Source: Candidatus Latescibacterota bacterium
Lineage (GTDB): Bacteria; Latescibacterota; UBA2968; UBA8231
DNA length: 64,000 nucleotides
Direction: 5' to 3'
NCBI GenBank assembly: GCA_965208105.1
Contig: OZ242318.1
Coordinates: 1,536,001 to 1,600,000 of the forward strand
Below are positions 10,485 through 19,160 of the stretch, piece after piece. The notes below the pieces were generated by a model. That model was not told where the DNA came from. It saw only the letters and a list, made by a program, of their open reading frames with translations, and did not search any database. The first letter of the stretch is position 1, and every line of letters begins with the position of its first letter. The translations under genes were made by a program, and so were the position numbers.

Positions 10485-11831
10485 ATGGCAGCATCCCGGG
10501 CAGAGGACCGCATCTTCCACCGCGCCCTGAAGGAAGAGTGGCCGCAGATTTCACACGGAGAAGGGGTCTATCTCGTCGGCACCGACGGCCGGCGCTATCT
10601 CGACGCCTGCGCCGGGGTCCACGTGGTCAGCATCGGCCACGGCGTCGAGGAAATCGCCTCCGCCATGAGCGCCCAGGCCGCCCAGGTCTGCTTCACCTAC
10701 GCGCGCTTCCTCACCGAGGCGCAGTTGGACCTGGCGGCCAAGATCTCCTCCATCACGCCACCGGGCCTGGACCGCGTATTCTTCGTCTCCGGCGGTTCCG
10801 AGGCCACCGAATCGGCCCTGAAGATGGCCCGCAAGTACCACCTCGCAACCGGCAATCCAAAGAAGCACAAGGTGATCTCGCGCTGGCAGAGCTGGCACGG
10901 AAACACCATAGGCGCCCTCTCCATGTCCGGGCGCTCGCCCTGGCGCGACGACTACGTCCCCTACCTGCTCGACTTTCCCCATATCTCCCCTTCCTACTCC
11001 TACCGCTGTCCCTACTGCAGGGACTGCGGCGAATGCCGGCTCGAATGCGCCGCCGAGCTCGAGCGCACCATCGAGCAGGAGGGCAGCGAGTACATCTCCG
11101 CCTTCATCGCCGAGCCCGTTCTCGGCACCTCCGCCGCAGGGGTCGCGCCGCCCGAGGGCTACTTCCCAATGATCAGGGAAATCTGCGACCGCCACAACAT
11201 CCTCATGATCGTCGACGAGGTGGTCACGGGATTCGGCAGAACCGGGGTCAACTTCGCCATCGAGCACTGGGACGTGGTCCCCGACATCATGGCCACGGGA
11301 AAGGGCCTGAGCAGCGGCTACACCCCCATTGCGGCCACCATGGCCCACGACAGGATATACGACGCCATCTACGCCGAATCCACCGCTTTCGTCCACGGCC
11401 ACACCTACGGCGGCAATCCCCTGTCCTGCGCCACCGCCCTGGCGGTGCAGAACTACCTCGAAGAGCACGACTTGGTTTCCCGCTGCGCCCGCATGGGGGA
11501 GCTCATGCTGGAGAAGCTCGTCCCCCTGCAGGAACTGCCCATCGTCGGCGAGGTGCGCGGCAAGGGCCTGCTCACCGGGGTCGAGTTCGTCGCCGACAAG
11601 GAACGGCGCACCCCCTTCGACCCCGCTGAGGGGGTGACCTCCAGGATCGTCGACCGCGCTTTCGACAAGGGAGTCCTGATAATGCCCGGGGCCCCCGGGC
11701 TGGTCGACGGAGTCCGCGGAGACCACATCGCCATCAGCCCGCCTTACATCATCGACTCCTCCCAGGTGGAGGAAACCGCCGCGGTGATCGAAGAGTCCAT
11801 CAGGGAAATCGGCCGGGAGCTGGGGTACTGA
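10485..11831 (+). CDS. class III PLP-dependent aminotransferase
   Basis: GRRYLDACAG, FFVSGGSEATE, FIAEP, IVDEVVTGFGRTG, PDIMATGKGLSSGY, HGHTYGGNP. Confidence 0.93.
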   Translation: MAASRAEDRIFHRALKEEWPQISHGEGVYLVGTDGRRYLDACAGVHVVSIGHGVEEIASAMSAQAAQVCFTYARFLTEAQLDLAAKISSITPPGLDRVFFVSGGSEATESALKMARKYHLATGNPKKHKVISRWQSWHGNTIGALSMSGRSPWRDDYVPYLLDFPHISPSYSYRCPYCRDCGECRLECAAELERTIEQEGSEYISAFIAEPVLGTSAAGVAPPEGYFPMIREICDRHNILMIVDEVVTGFGRTGVNFAIEHWDVVPDIMATGKGLSSGYTPIAATMAHDRIYDAIYAESTAFVHGHTYGGNPLSCATALAVQNYLEEHDLVSRCARMGELMLEKLVPLQELPIVGEVRGKGLLTGVEFVADKERRTPFDPAEGVTSRIVDRAFDKGVLIMPGAPGLVDGVRGDHIAISPPYIIDSSQVEETAAVIEESIREIGRELGY

Positions 11832-11881
11832 CCCGCCGGGGCCTGTGACGAGCTTTCTTCGGCCCCCTGACGGGCACCGCC

Positions 11882-13432
11882 TCAATCCCCGAACTGGAAG
11901 GCGAAGAGCTTGACGTTCTTGGAGTAGAACTTGAGCTTGACCGGCCTTCCGGCCAGCGCGCCCAGGTCGGATCTGCCCTCCCAGGTTACCATGTTGGCGA
12001 ACCCGGTGGCGCTCAGGTTATCGGCTTCGGCGAACCTGTAGCCCGGCAGCGGGGTGTGGTCCGCGGCCAGCACCTCCACCTTCAGCTCGGGCCGGCCGGC
12101 GCCCCAACCCTGCCACGCACCGCGCATGTTCACCCGCAGCGTCCTGCCCTCGAAGACGAAAGCCTTGGTCACCACCTGGCCGTATTCCTGAGAGCCGCTG
12201 TCGATGGAAACGAAGCCGTCCAGGGGCACCACCGCCAGCCCGATTCCCGCCTGGGGCCCGTCCTCGCCGAACTCCTCCATGAGACGGTCCATCTGGACCG
12301 ACGCGCGCCAGTTCTGCCCGCCGTAGTAGATGAAGATCTTGTCGTCGTGGACGATGGGCTGCAGGGCATAGACAGTCACCGAGTCGAAGTCCCCTTCGTC
12401 TCCAGCCTGGATGAAGGGCTCCCGGTAGCGCCGGTCGTAGTTCACCCCGTCGCGGCTGAACACGAGCTGGGGCAGAATGGTGGTGCTGGTCTTGCGGAAA
12501 TTCCACAGCATGCCGAGGTAGATGTTCTCATAGGTGGTTGCCCACATGCTGTAGAACTCCAGGTCGGGAGGGTCGGCGGCGTCGGGCTTGAGAATGGTCT
12601 CCGGCTCGCTCCACCGGATCAGGTCGGGACTCTCGGCGCGGCCGAGAATGCGCATGGCCGGCGGACACAGGTGACGGCCGAAGACGGCGTGCTTGTTGAT
12701 GCAGTTCTCCATGTGGGCGGCGTAGACCTTGCGAATGGGATCCCAGCCCATCATTCCCGTGGGCCCCCAGATGGATTCGGGGCGGTCGATAACCGGATTC
12801 TGCGGGTGGGGAGTCCAGTTGAAGGCGTCCCCCGAGTAGTAGAGATTCCACACGAATCTCTTGTTCCTCCCGGGGACGTCCGGATCGGAGACATCGCGGT
12901 CGGTTTCACCGTCACCTCCCGGCTCATCCGTGGCAACCTGGGCCATGGCCTTGAAGCGCTTGGCGGGGTCGCGCTCGTTGGGGTCGACGAAGATCCCCCC
13001 CTTGAATCTGCGCCAGCCCTGCGGCCCAACCAGGTTGTTCGCCTTCGAGCCCTGGAACTCGACCTGCCCCAGGTCAGGCTTCACCCAGTGGAAGCCGTCC
13101 TCGGAGAAGGCGTAGCACGTCCCCCGGTTGACCTTGTCGGGTACGCTGGGGACCAGCTTCTTGGGTACGCGACGCGTGGCCGAGAAGTGCCAATTGCTGT
13201 ACCACATGCGGAACTGCTTCTCTTCCTCGTCGTAGAGCACCGTGCCGTAGTGCAGCTCGTTGCCTTCCCAGGGGCGGTCCTTGCGAATGACCGGATTGTC
13301 CCGGTATTTCACCGCCGGGTTCATCACGAAGGCCGCGTCCTTCAGACTCTCCACGAGGAAGTCGTCCAGAAAGAGCTGCTTGCGGGTCCCGATGTGGATC
13401 AGCCCGGGGTTCCAGGTGTCTTCTCGAGGCAT
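11882..13432 (-). CDS. glycoside-hydrolase-like (GH32/43/130-type) beta-propeller protein
   Basis: KQLFLDD, NPVI, SEDGFHWVKP, SRDG, DGFVS and LFAFQF end; paralog of 22986 and 24469 proteins. Confidence 0.7.
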   Translation of the reverse strand: MPREDTWNPGLIHIGTRKQLFLDDFLVESLKDAAFVMNPAVKYRDNPVIRKDRPWEGNELHYGTVLYDEEEKQFRMWYSNWHFSATRRVPKKLVPSVPDKVNRGTCYAFSEDGFHWVKPDLGQVEFQGSKANNLVGPQGWRRFKGGIFVDPNERDPAKRFKAMAQVATDEPGGDGETDRDVSDPDVPGRNKRFVWNLYYSGDAFNWTPHPQNPVIDRPESIWGPTGMMGWDPIRKVYAAHMENCINKHAVFGRHLCPPAMRILGRAESPDLIRWSEPETILKPDAADPPDLEFYSMWATTYENIYLGMLWNFRKTSTTILPQLVFSRDGVNYDRRYREPFIQAGDEGDFDSVTVYALQPIVHDDKIFIYYGGQNWRASVQMDRLMEEFGEDGPQAGIGLAVVPLDGFVSIDSGSQEYGQVVTKAFVFEGRTLRVNMRGAWQGWGAGRPELKVEVLAADHTPLPGYRFAEADNLSATGFANMVTWEGRSDLGALAGRPVKLKFYSKNVKLFAFQFGD

Positions 13433-13446
13433 GGAATTCTCCGTTT

Positions 13447-16392
13447 TCAGAGAGCAGGGCCGTACTCGGTGAAGCCCACGAGGGTCCGCACGAAGAACGA
13501 CCATCCGTCGCGGTTCCTGAAGCGCTGGAAGAGATCGTCAAACTGCTTTTGATCTCTCCTGATCCCGACGATGGTGTAGAGGTCGTAGCCGAAATAGGCC
13601 GTGCGGTTGCTGAGGGTGAAGAAAGCGGTGCGCTGCTCGAATCCATTGCGCTCCCTGACCTGGTCGTCCACCCGGTAGGGCAGGGGACCCCATCCCTGGA
13701 TTCCCGCCAGAAAGGCCGTCCGCGGGAGCAAGGGGTACTCCAGGCGCAGAATGGGGATGGTGCGCAGCTCCGAGTAGAGACGGCGGCTGCCGTAGCTGCC
13801 TTCTCCGGGCCGGTCGGTTCCCTGGTCCACCAGGCGCAGGAGCATGAACTTGAACTGGGGCACGACCCGCAGCCGGCCCAGGTGCCGGGTGTACTGGAGC
13901 TGGCTCACCACGGTCCACGAATCGAGCCGGCGGCCGCGCTGGAAGAGGCCGCTGTGCAGCTCTCCGCCCTGCTGCCAGTTGAGCCGCAGGCGCAGCTTCT
14001 GCGCCAGCTTGAGGGCCGGCCATGGACTCAGCCGCGCCTCGCCGTAGACCTCCTCGACCCAGCTGTCCTTGTAGAACAGGAGGTCCCGGCGCATAAAATT
14101 GGAGAAAGTGGGCGCGTTGAGGCGCAGCAATCCCCCCCTGGATCCGAGATTGGTTGCGCCCGGCTTTTCCACCAGCACCGAGAACTCGTCGGCAATGTCG
14201 TCTTCCACCCGGCGCAGGTGGCTCTCCAGGAACAGGCGGTCAAGGCGGCCCTGCCCTTCCCTCAGGTAGGTCAGCAGGACGTAGGTCGAGCGGTTGCGCC
14301 CGGCGGCGGCAATCTCCTCCACGTCGTAGCGGCCCAGTGTCAGGGACAGGTTGGAGGTCATGCCCACCCGCCCGAAGAGGTGGTAGCCGCGCTGGTCGTG
14401 GTCGTAGGGATAGTCCGGGTCCAGGTCGTCCTCCCGATGGTCGGGCTCGTCGTTGTTGTTGCGGTCCATTCCGTAGGTGTACTCGTTGGGTTCAACGTCC
14501 CACATGAGGAAGGGCTCCTCGTAGTCGGGCAGCCCGTTGCCGTTGCGGTTGGTCTCGGGTAGGCCGTCGCGGTCGGCGTCGAGGCCGGGAAAAACCCCGT
14601 CCGGATCGCCGTCGAGACGGTCCCTGGGACTGCCCAGGACATTGCCCAGACGTTTGTCAGGATAGCGGTCCCCATCCTCGTTGTCCTGAATCAGCTCCCA
14701 GTAGACGGTCTGGTTGACCAGGGCCGCCAGGTGGCCCGAGGTCAGCGCAACCTCGAAGGGAACGTAGGCGCGCATCTCGGTTCTGAAATCCGGATGGATG
14801 GAAAAGTACTCCCCGCCGACGCTGCCGCGGCCGAACCAGCGGGAAAAATTGATGTAGTAGGCTGCCCCGCGCCGGGCGGAGCGGGCGGAGCGCTGGTAGA
14901 TGGGCTCCCCGTCGAGCTCGGCCGGGTAGCGGGCGTAGAGGTCGGACCGGGCGTACTCGGCCTTGATCTCCACACCGGCCAGGCGCAGATTGGCGTCGGC
15001 GCTGTAGACGAAGAGGGCGGTGTTCTCCCCCACGGCAATCCGCCTCCTCTTCAGGTTCGACAGGTCCCGCACGTTGCCCTCGGCCTGCAGCGCGGTCCGG
15101 TAGAAGGCAGACCGGTACCGGGTCGCATGATTGCGCGCACGCGGGTTGTCGTCCCGCAGGGTCGCTACCTCCACCCGGTAGTCGTTCCCCAGGAGGGCTT
15201 CCACCTCCACCGACTCGACGCGGGGTTCCCGCGACAGATCGAACAGGAAGACGAGCTGATCCTCGCCATCGGCGCGCAGCACCGCCTCGGGGGATTCCAC
15301 CTGGTAGTCGGCCAGCAACCCCTCCAGATCAACATCTCCGCTCACGTCCACTCCGGCTTCGTGGTCGAGGCGGTAGAAGTAGTCGGCGTAGAGGGGGACC
15401 TCGTCCCGTCCACGGTAATAGGAAGTAGCCGACTGATAGTAGCCGGTGAAGGTGTTGTAGACGAGTGTGCGGAACTCCCCGGTGGCGCGCGAGACGCTGC
15501 CCACCCGTATGGGGGCGCCGGACCGGTGGCGGATCACCGCCGGGCGCAGGTCCTGGCGTTCCTCGCCGTTGACGATGAGCCTCACCTCCTGCACTACCGC
15601 CCCGGCCTCCCCGTCGGCGGGCGAATCGTCCCCGAAGCGCACCACGACCCAGTCGAGCATGGGGTATTCGGGGCGCAGCACCCCCTTGAGACTGTTGTCT
15701 TCCCGGGTGCTCTGGTAGACGTGCATGTTCACCCCGTTCAGGCCCAGGCGCAGGCCCCCGATCTCGGCCTGGGCGCGGCCCCCGAGGAGCAGGGTCGAAG
15801 CGTCGGCGTAGTCGGTGTCCTCGCTGGACCATGGGGGAATCAGGCCGCCGTCCCAGAAATAGCGCGGCCTTTCCATGCGCGAGCCCAGGATGGTGGCCTG
15901 CAGCCGCGGGGTGGACAGGTCCAGGCGCGCCCCGTTGAAGGTCGCCTGCGACAGGGTCAGGGGGGTGAAGCGCGCGATCTGCCCGTCTCCCAGTACGATG
16001 CTGTAGCCCAGGTCCTTGTAGCTGTCCCGTCCCACCAGAATGTGGTAGAAGTTTCCCCGCATCCGGTTCATGTCGGTGAAGATGGCGCTGCCGTACTCCA
16101 GCCCCGGGATGCGGGTCTCTTCCCAGCGGTAGAGATCGTATCCGGTGAGAAGGTAGTTCCCCATGGCGTCGTGATGGATGCGCATGTTGTCCTGGTAGGG
16201 GAAGGCGTGATCCGGATACTGGGAGTAGGTGCGGAAGGCGTAGTTGCGGTAGGATGGCCGCTCTTGCCGCATGAAGGGCCGCAGCGGCTGGAGCTCGGAT
16301 AAACCAGGCCGCGGACCCTCCTCACCGCCCGCCTGCACCGCCGGCAGCAGCAGGACGAGGCCTGTCAGACAGCAATTTCGAAGTAGTGCCAT
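13447..16392 (-). CDS. large exported hypothetical protein with DxDxDG Ca-binding-like repeats (possible outer-membrane protein)
   Basis: Signal peptide; 981 aa; cluster DNEDGDRYPD / DADRDGLPE / NRNGNGLPD / DRNNNDEPD; alternating beta-strand-like segments. Confidence 0.75.
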   Translation of the reverse strand: MALLRNCCLTGLVLLLPAVQAGGEEGPRPGLSELQPLRPFMRQERPSYRNYAFRTYSQYPDHAFPYQDNMRIHHDAMGNYLLTGYDLYRWEETRIPGLEYGSAIFTDMNRMRGNFYHILVGRDSYKDLGYSIVLGDGQIARFTPLTLSQATFNGARLDLSTPRLQATILGSRMERPRYFWDGGLIPPWSSEDTDYADASTLLLGGRAQAEIGGLRLGLNGVNMHVYQSTREDNSLKGVLRPEYPMLDWVVVRFGDDSPADGEAGAVVQEVRLIVNGEERQDLRPAVIRHRSGAPIRVGSVSRATGEFRTLVYNTFTGYYQSATSYYRGRDEVPLYADYFYRLDHEAGVDVSGDVDLEGLLADYQVESPEAVLRADGEDQLVFLFDLSREPRVESVEVEALLGNDYRVEVATLRDDNPRARNHATRYRSAFYRTALQAEGNVRDLSNLKRRRIAVGENTALFVYSADANLRLAGVEIKAEYARSDLYARYPAELDGEPIYQRSARSARRGAAYYINFSRWFGRGSVGGEYFSIHPDFRTEMRAYVPFEVALTSGHLAALVNQTVYWELIQDNEDGDRYPDKRLGNVLGSPRDRLDGDPDGVFPGLDADRDGLPETNRNGNGLPDYEEPFLMWDVEPNEYTYGMDRNNNDEPDHREDDLDPDYPYDHDQRGYHLFGRVGMTSNLSLTLGRYDVEEIAAAGRNRSTYVLLTYLREGQGRLDRLFLESHLRRVEDDIADEFSVLVEKPGATNLGSRGGLLRLNAPTFSNFMRRDLLFYKDSWVEEVYGEARLSPWPALKLAQKLRLRLNWQQGGELHSGLFQRGRRLDSWTVVSQLQYTRHLGRLRVVPQFKFMLLRLVDQGTDRPGEGSYGSRRLYSELRTIPILRLEYPLLPRTAFLAGIQGWGPLPYRVDDQVRERNGFEQRTAFFTLSNRTAYFGYDLYTIVGIRRDQKQFDDLFQRFRNRDGWSFFVRTLVGFTEYGPAL

Positions 16393-16610
16393 TTCAGTTC
16401 AGCCTGGTTACGCGGATGCAGGGAGATCGCCCCCGGCCACGCTCATGCCTTCTGGTCTTCTCTCGCTTCCCGGAAGCCGTCGCCCGCCGCGACGCCATCG
16501 TCCAGGTTCCCGCATTTCCCGGTTACCCCGGATCTCGGGCCAATTTCTTTTAGTTCTATTTTCACCCATTGTCAAGCGGATTCGGCGCTGCCCTGCAGCG
16601 GGGGGAGAAT

Positions 16611-16638
16611 TTGATTCCCCTCCTCGAAGAGGTATATT
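16611..16638 (+). promoter_or_regulatory. sigma70-like promoter for the amidohydrolase pair (near-leaderless)
   Basis: TTGATT-16 bp-TATATT, 8 bp before ATG 16647; a divergent TTGACA lies on the minus strand at 16570-16575. Confidence 0.5.
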
Positions 16639-16646
16639 CAGTCGTC

Positions 16647-17402
16647 ATGGCTTCTCTCAGCTTTCGCGCCCGCGTGCCCACCTTCGACGCCAACGTAGGG
16701 GTCGGTCACCGCCACGACCAGCCCGCACCCTTCGAAACCCCGGACCAGCTCCTGGCAGAGATGCAGCGGCACGGGGTCGAGCGCGCCCTCATCTACCACC
16801 GCCACGGCGAGAGCATCAGCGCCTTCGAGGGCAACAGGCTGCTGACCAGGTGGGCCGCCGAGAAGGGTCCCTTCACCTACCAGTGGGTAGCCAGCCCCGA
16901 CCGCGAAAGCATGAAGCAGCTCAGCGAACTGCACCGGGACGGCAGGGTGACCAGCGTGCGGCTGCACAACATCCAGCCCGAATACGCCCCCTTCTCGGAC
17001 TGGATCTACGGCGAGCTCATGGAGTGGCTCCAGGCCGAGCGCATCCCCACCTGGATCTCCCTTGCCGAGACACCGGCCGCCGAGCTCATCGAGATGCTCA
17101 AGCTCTTCCCCGACCTGGTGACCGTATTCGTGGGCGCCCACTACGTCCACGCCATGCTGGTGCGGCCGCTTCTGCGAAACCAGCGCCACTCCTACCTGGA
17201 GCTCAGCCGCTACGAAGTCCTGGGCGAGCTCGAGGCCCTGAAGGAGGAGTTCGGCGCCGGCCGCCTGATCTACGGCTCCTACTACCCCCGCTTCGCCATG
17301 GGACCCATGCTCTACTACGCGCACCACATGGGCCTGAGCCAGGCCGAGCTCGCGGCGGTGTGCTGCGGCAACCTCGAAAAAGTGCTGGGAGGAGAGGGAT
17401 GA
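16647..17402 (+). CDS. amidohydrolase-2 fold protein with degenerate metal motif
   Basis: FDANVGVG (no HxH), GVERALIY, GAGRLIYGS..P, CCGNLEKVL. Confidence 0.75.
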   Translation: MASLSFRARVPTFDANVGVGHRHDQPAPFETPDQLLAEMQRHGVERALIYHRHGESISAFEGNRLLTRWAAEKGPFTYQWVASPDRESMKQLSELHRDGRVTSVRLHNIQPEYAPFSDWIYGELMEWLQAERIPTWISLAETPAAELIEMLKLFPDLVTVFVGAHYVHAMLVRPLLRNQRHSYLELSRYEVLGELEALKEEFGAGRLIYGSYYPRFAMGPMLYYAHHMGLSQAELAAVCCGNLEKVLGGEG

Positions 17403-18142
17403 TCGACGGCAACATGGTAATCGACTTCCACGGCCACGTGGGGCGCTTCGAGATCTTCCTGGCCTTCGACGACCCCGACACCATGGTGCGCGCCATGGAC
17501 GCGGCGGGCATCGACAAGTCCTGCCTCTTCAACATCTTCCATCCCGACGGCACCCTGGGCAACGACCTCACCGCCACCTTCGTCGCCCGCCATCCCGACC
17601 GCCTCATCGGCTTCGCCTACGTGTCTCCCACCATGCCCGGGCGCATGGTCCCCGAGCTGGAGCGCGCCTTCGACGAGCTCGGCTTCGCCGCCATCAAGCT
17701 CTATCCCCCCTACACTCCCTACAATGCCGACCACCCGGTCTGGGACCCCGTCTATGGATTCGCCGACGAGCGCGGGTTGGCCATCATCGTGCACACCGGC
17801 GCCGACGAGGAGCCGCGCTTTCTGGGCGCAGCCGCCCCGCGCTTTCCCGGTGCGGTCTTCATCGCCGCCCACGCCGGCAACTCCGAACCTTACCGCACCC
17901 AGTGCGTCGAGGCAGCCCGCCGCAGCCCGAATTTCTACGTGGAGACCTGTTCCACCTGGCGCACCCCGGGCGCCATCGAGGGTCTGGTGGAGAAAATCGG
18001 CGCCGACCGCGTGCTCTACGGCTCGGACACCGCTCTCATGGACCCGCGCGCCCAGATCGGCAAGATCATCACCGCCGACATCGGCGACGAGGACAAGCGC
18101 CTCATCCTCGGCGCCAATGCCCGGCGCCTGCTCAGACTTTGA
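17399..18142 (+). CDS. amidohydrolase-2 family protein
   Basis: IDFHGH, AIKLYP, VHTG, AAHAG, GADRVLYGSD, LGANARRLL; ATGA overlap with the upstream gene. Confidence 0.9.
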   Translation: MIDGNMVIDFHGHVGRFEIFLAFDDPDTMVRAMDAAGIDKSCLFNIFHPDGTLGNDLTATFVARHPDRLIGFAYVSPTMPGRMVPELERAFDELGFAAIKLYPPYTPYNADHPVWDPVYGFADERGLAIIVHTGADEEPRFLGAAAPRFPGAVFIAAHAGNSEPYRTQCVEAARRSPNFYVETCSTWRTPGAIEGLVEKIGADRVLYGSDTALMDPRAQIGKIITADIGDEDKRLILGANARRLLRL

Positions 18143-18307
18143 ATCCCTGAAACCGGACGAATCCGCAACCGCGGCCAGGACGGCGGGGGATCCAGGTTCA
18201 GCCCTCGAACCGCCGGACCGAAGACCCCGGGACCTCACCCCATCCACCGGGACCTCCGGCGCAACCGTCCTCCACCGGCCGGGCGCCGGCCTGCCGACCG
18301 GGGATGC

Positions 18308-19147
18308 TCAATCACCGGTCCCGTCAGAGACGATCTTCTTGGTGTGGCGGTAGGGCGCGGCCTCGATCAGCTCCAGCATCTCCGGAGAAAGGCGCGCCTT
18401 GATCTCCTCCCCGAACGGATCGAAGGATCCCCAGGCGCTGTACTGGGTCTGGTAGCGCAGGGTGAGAAAGCGGCGGTCGCGGTCCCTGGGCTTCCAGTTG
18501 AGAGCGCCATGGGTGAGGGATTCGGTCATGAGCACCGCGTCCCCGGCCCGCGGTGTGATGTTCACCACCCCGGGAGGGACCTCGTAGGACACGTAGTCCG
18601 GACGGCGGTCGCCGTTATCGTCGAGGCTGTCGCCATAGAACAGGCCCGGCGGGCGCTCGAACTCGCCCTTGTGCGAACCGGGCACTACGATCAGTCCCCC
18701 GTCTCCGGGAAGGACGTCGGTCAAATAGAAGAAGATGACGAAGAAGTCGTGGTAGACCTTGCCGTCGCGGCAGATGTAGTGGGGCATATCCGGGCCGGCT
18801 CCCTCCCGGGCGGAGTGCAGGTGGTGGAACTCGTGCTCGTGGGTGTCGACCATCATATTGCCGAGGACGAAGCGCGGCCTGTCGTTGGTCAACTCCCGCA
18901 CCAGGGGCCAGGTCTCAGGGTGCATCACCAGGGCCTCCAGCGCCTTGTCGAAGGCAAAGGCGTGGAAGTACCAGCCGAAGTGGTTGCGCTCACTGTCGAA
19001 ACCGAATCCGGGAGGCAATTCCTCCGGGGGCGTGGCGATATAGCGCTCGGCGGCCTCCTGCGTGCGGCTCAACTCCTCGCCTTCGAGAACCTTTTCCAGG
19101 TGGAGATAGCCGGTCAGATCGAATAGATAGTGTTGCTCTGGAGTCAT
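18308..19147 (-). CDS. phytanoyl-CoA dioxygenase (PhyH) family protein
   Basis: YLFDLTGYL, LHS, YLTDV..GDGGLIVVPGSHK, AGDAVLMTESLTHG. Confidence 0.85.
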   Translation of the reverse strand: MTPEQHYLFDLTGYLHLEKVLEGEELSRTQEAAERYIATPPEELPPGFGFDSERNHFGWYFHAFAFDKALEALVMHPETWPLVRELTNDRPRFVLGNMMVDTHEHEFHHLHSAREGAGPDMPHYICRDGKVYHDFFVIFFYLTDVLPGDGGLIVVPGSHKGEFERPPGLFYGDSLDDNGDRRPDYVSYEVPPGVVNITPRAGDAVLMTESLTHGALNWKPRDRDRRFLTLRYQTQYSAWGSFDPFGEEIKARLSPEMLELIEAAPYRHTKKIVSDGTGD

Positions 19148-19160
19148 CGGGTTCTCCTTT

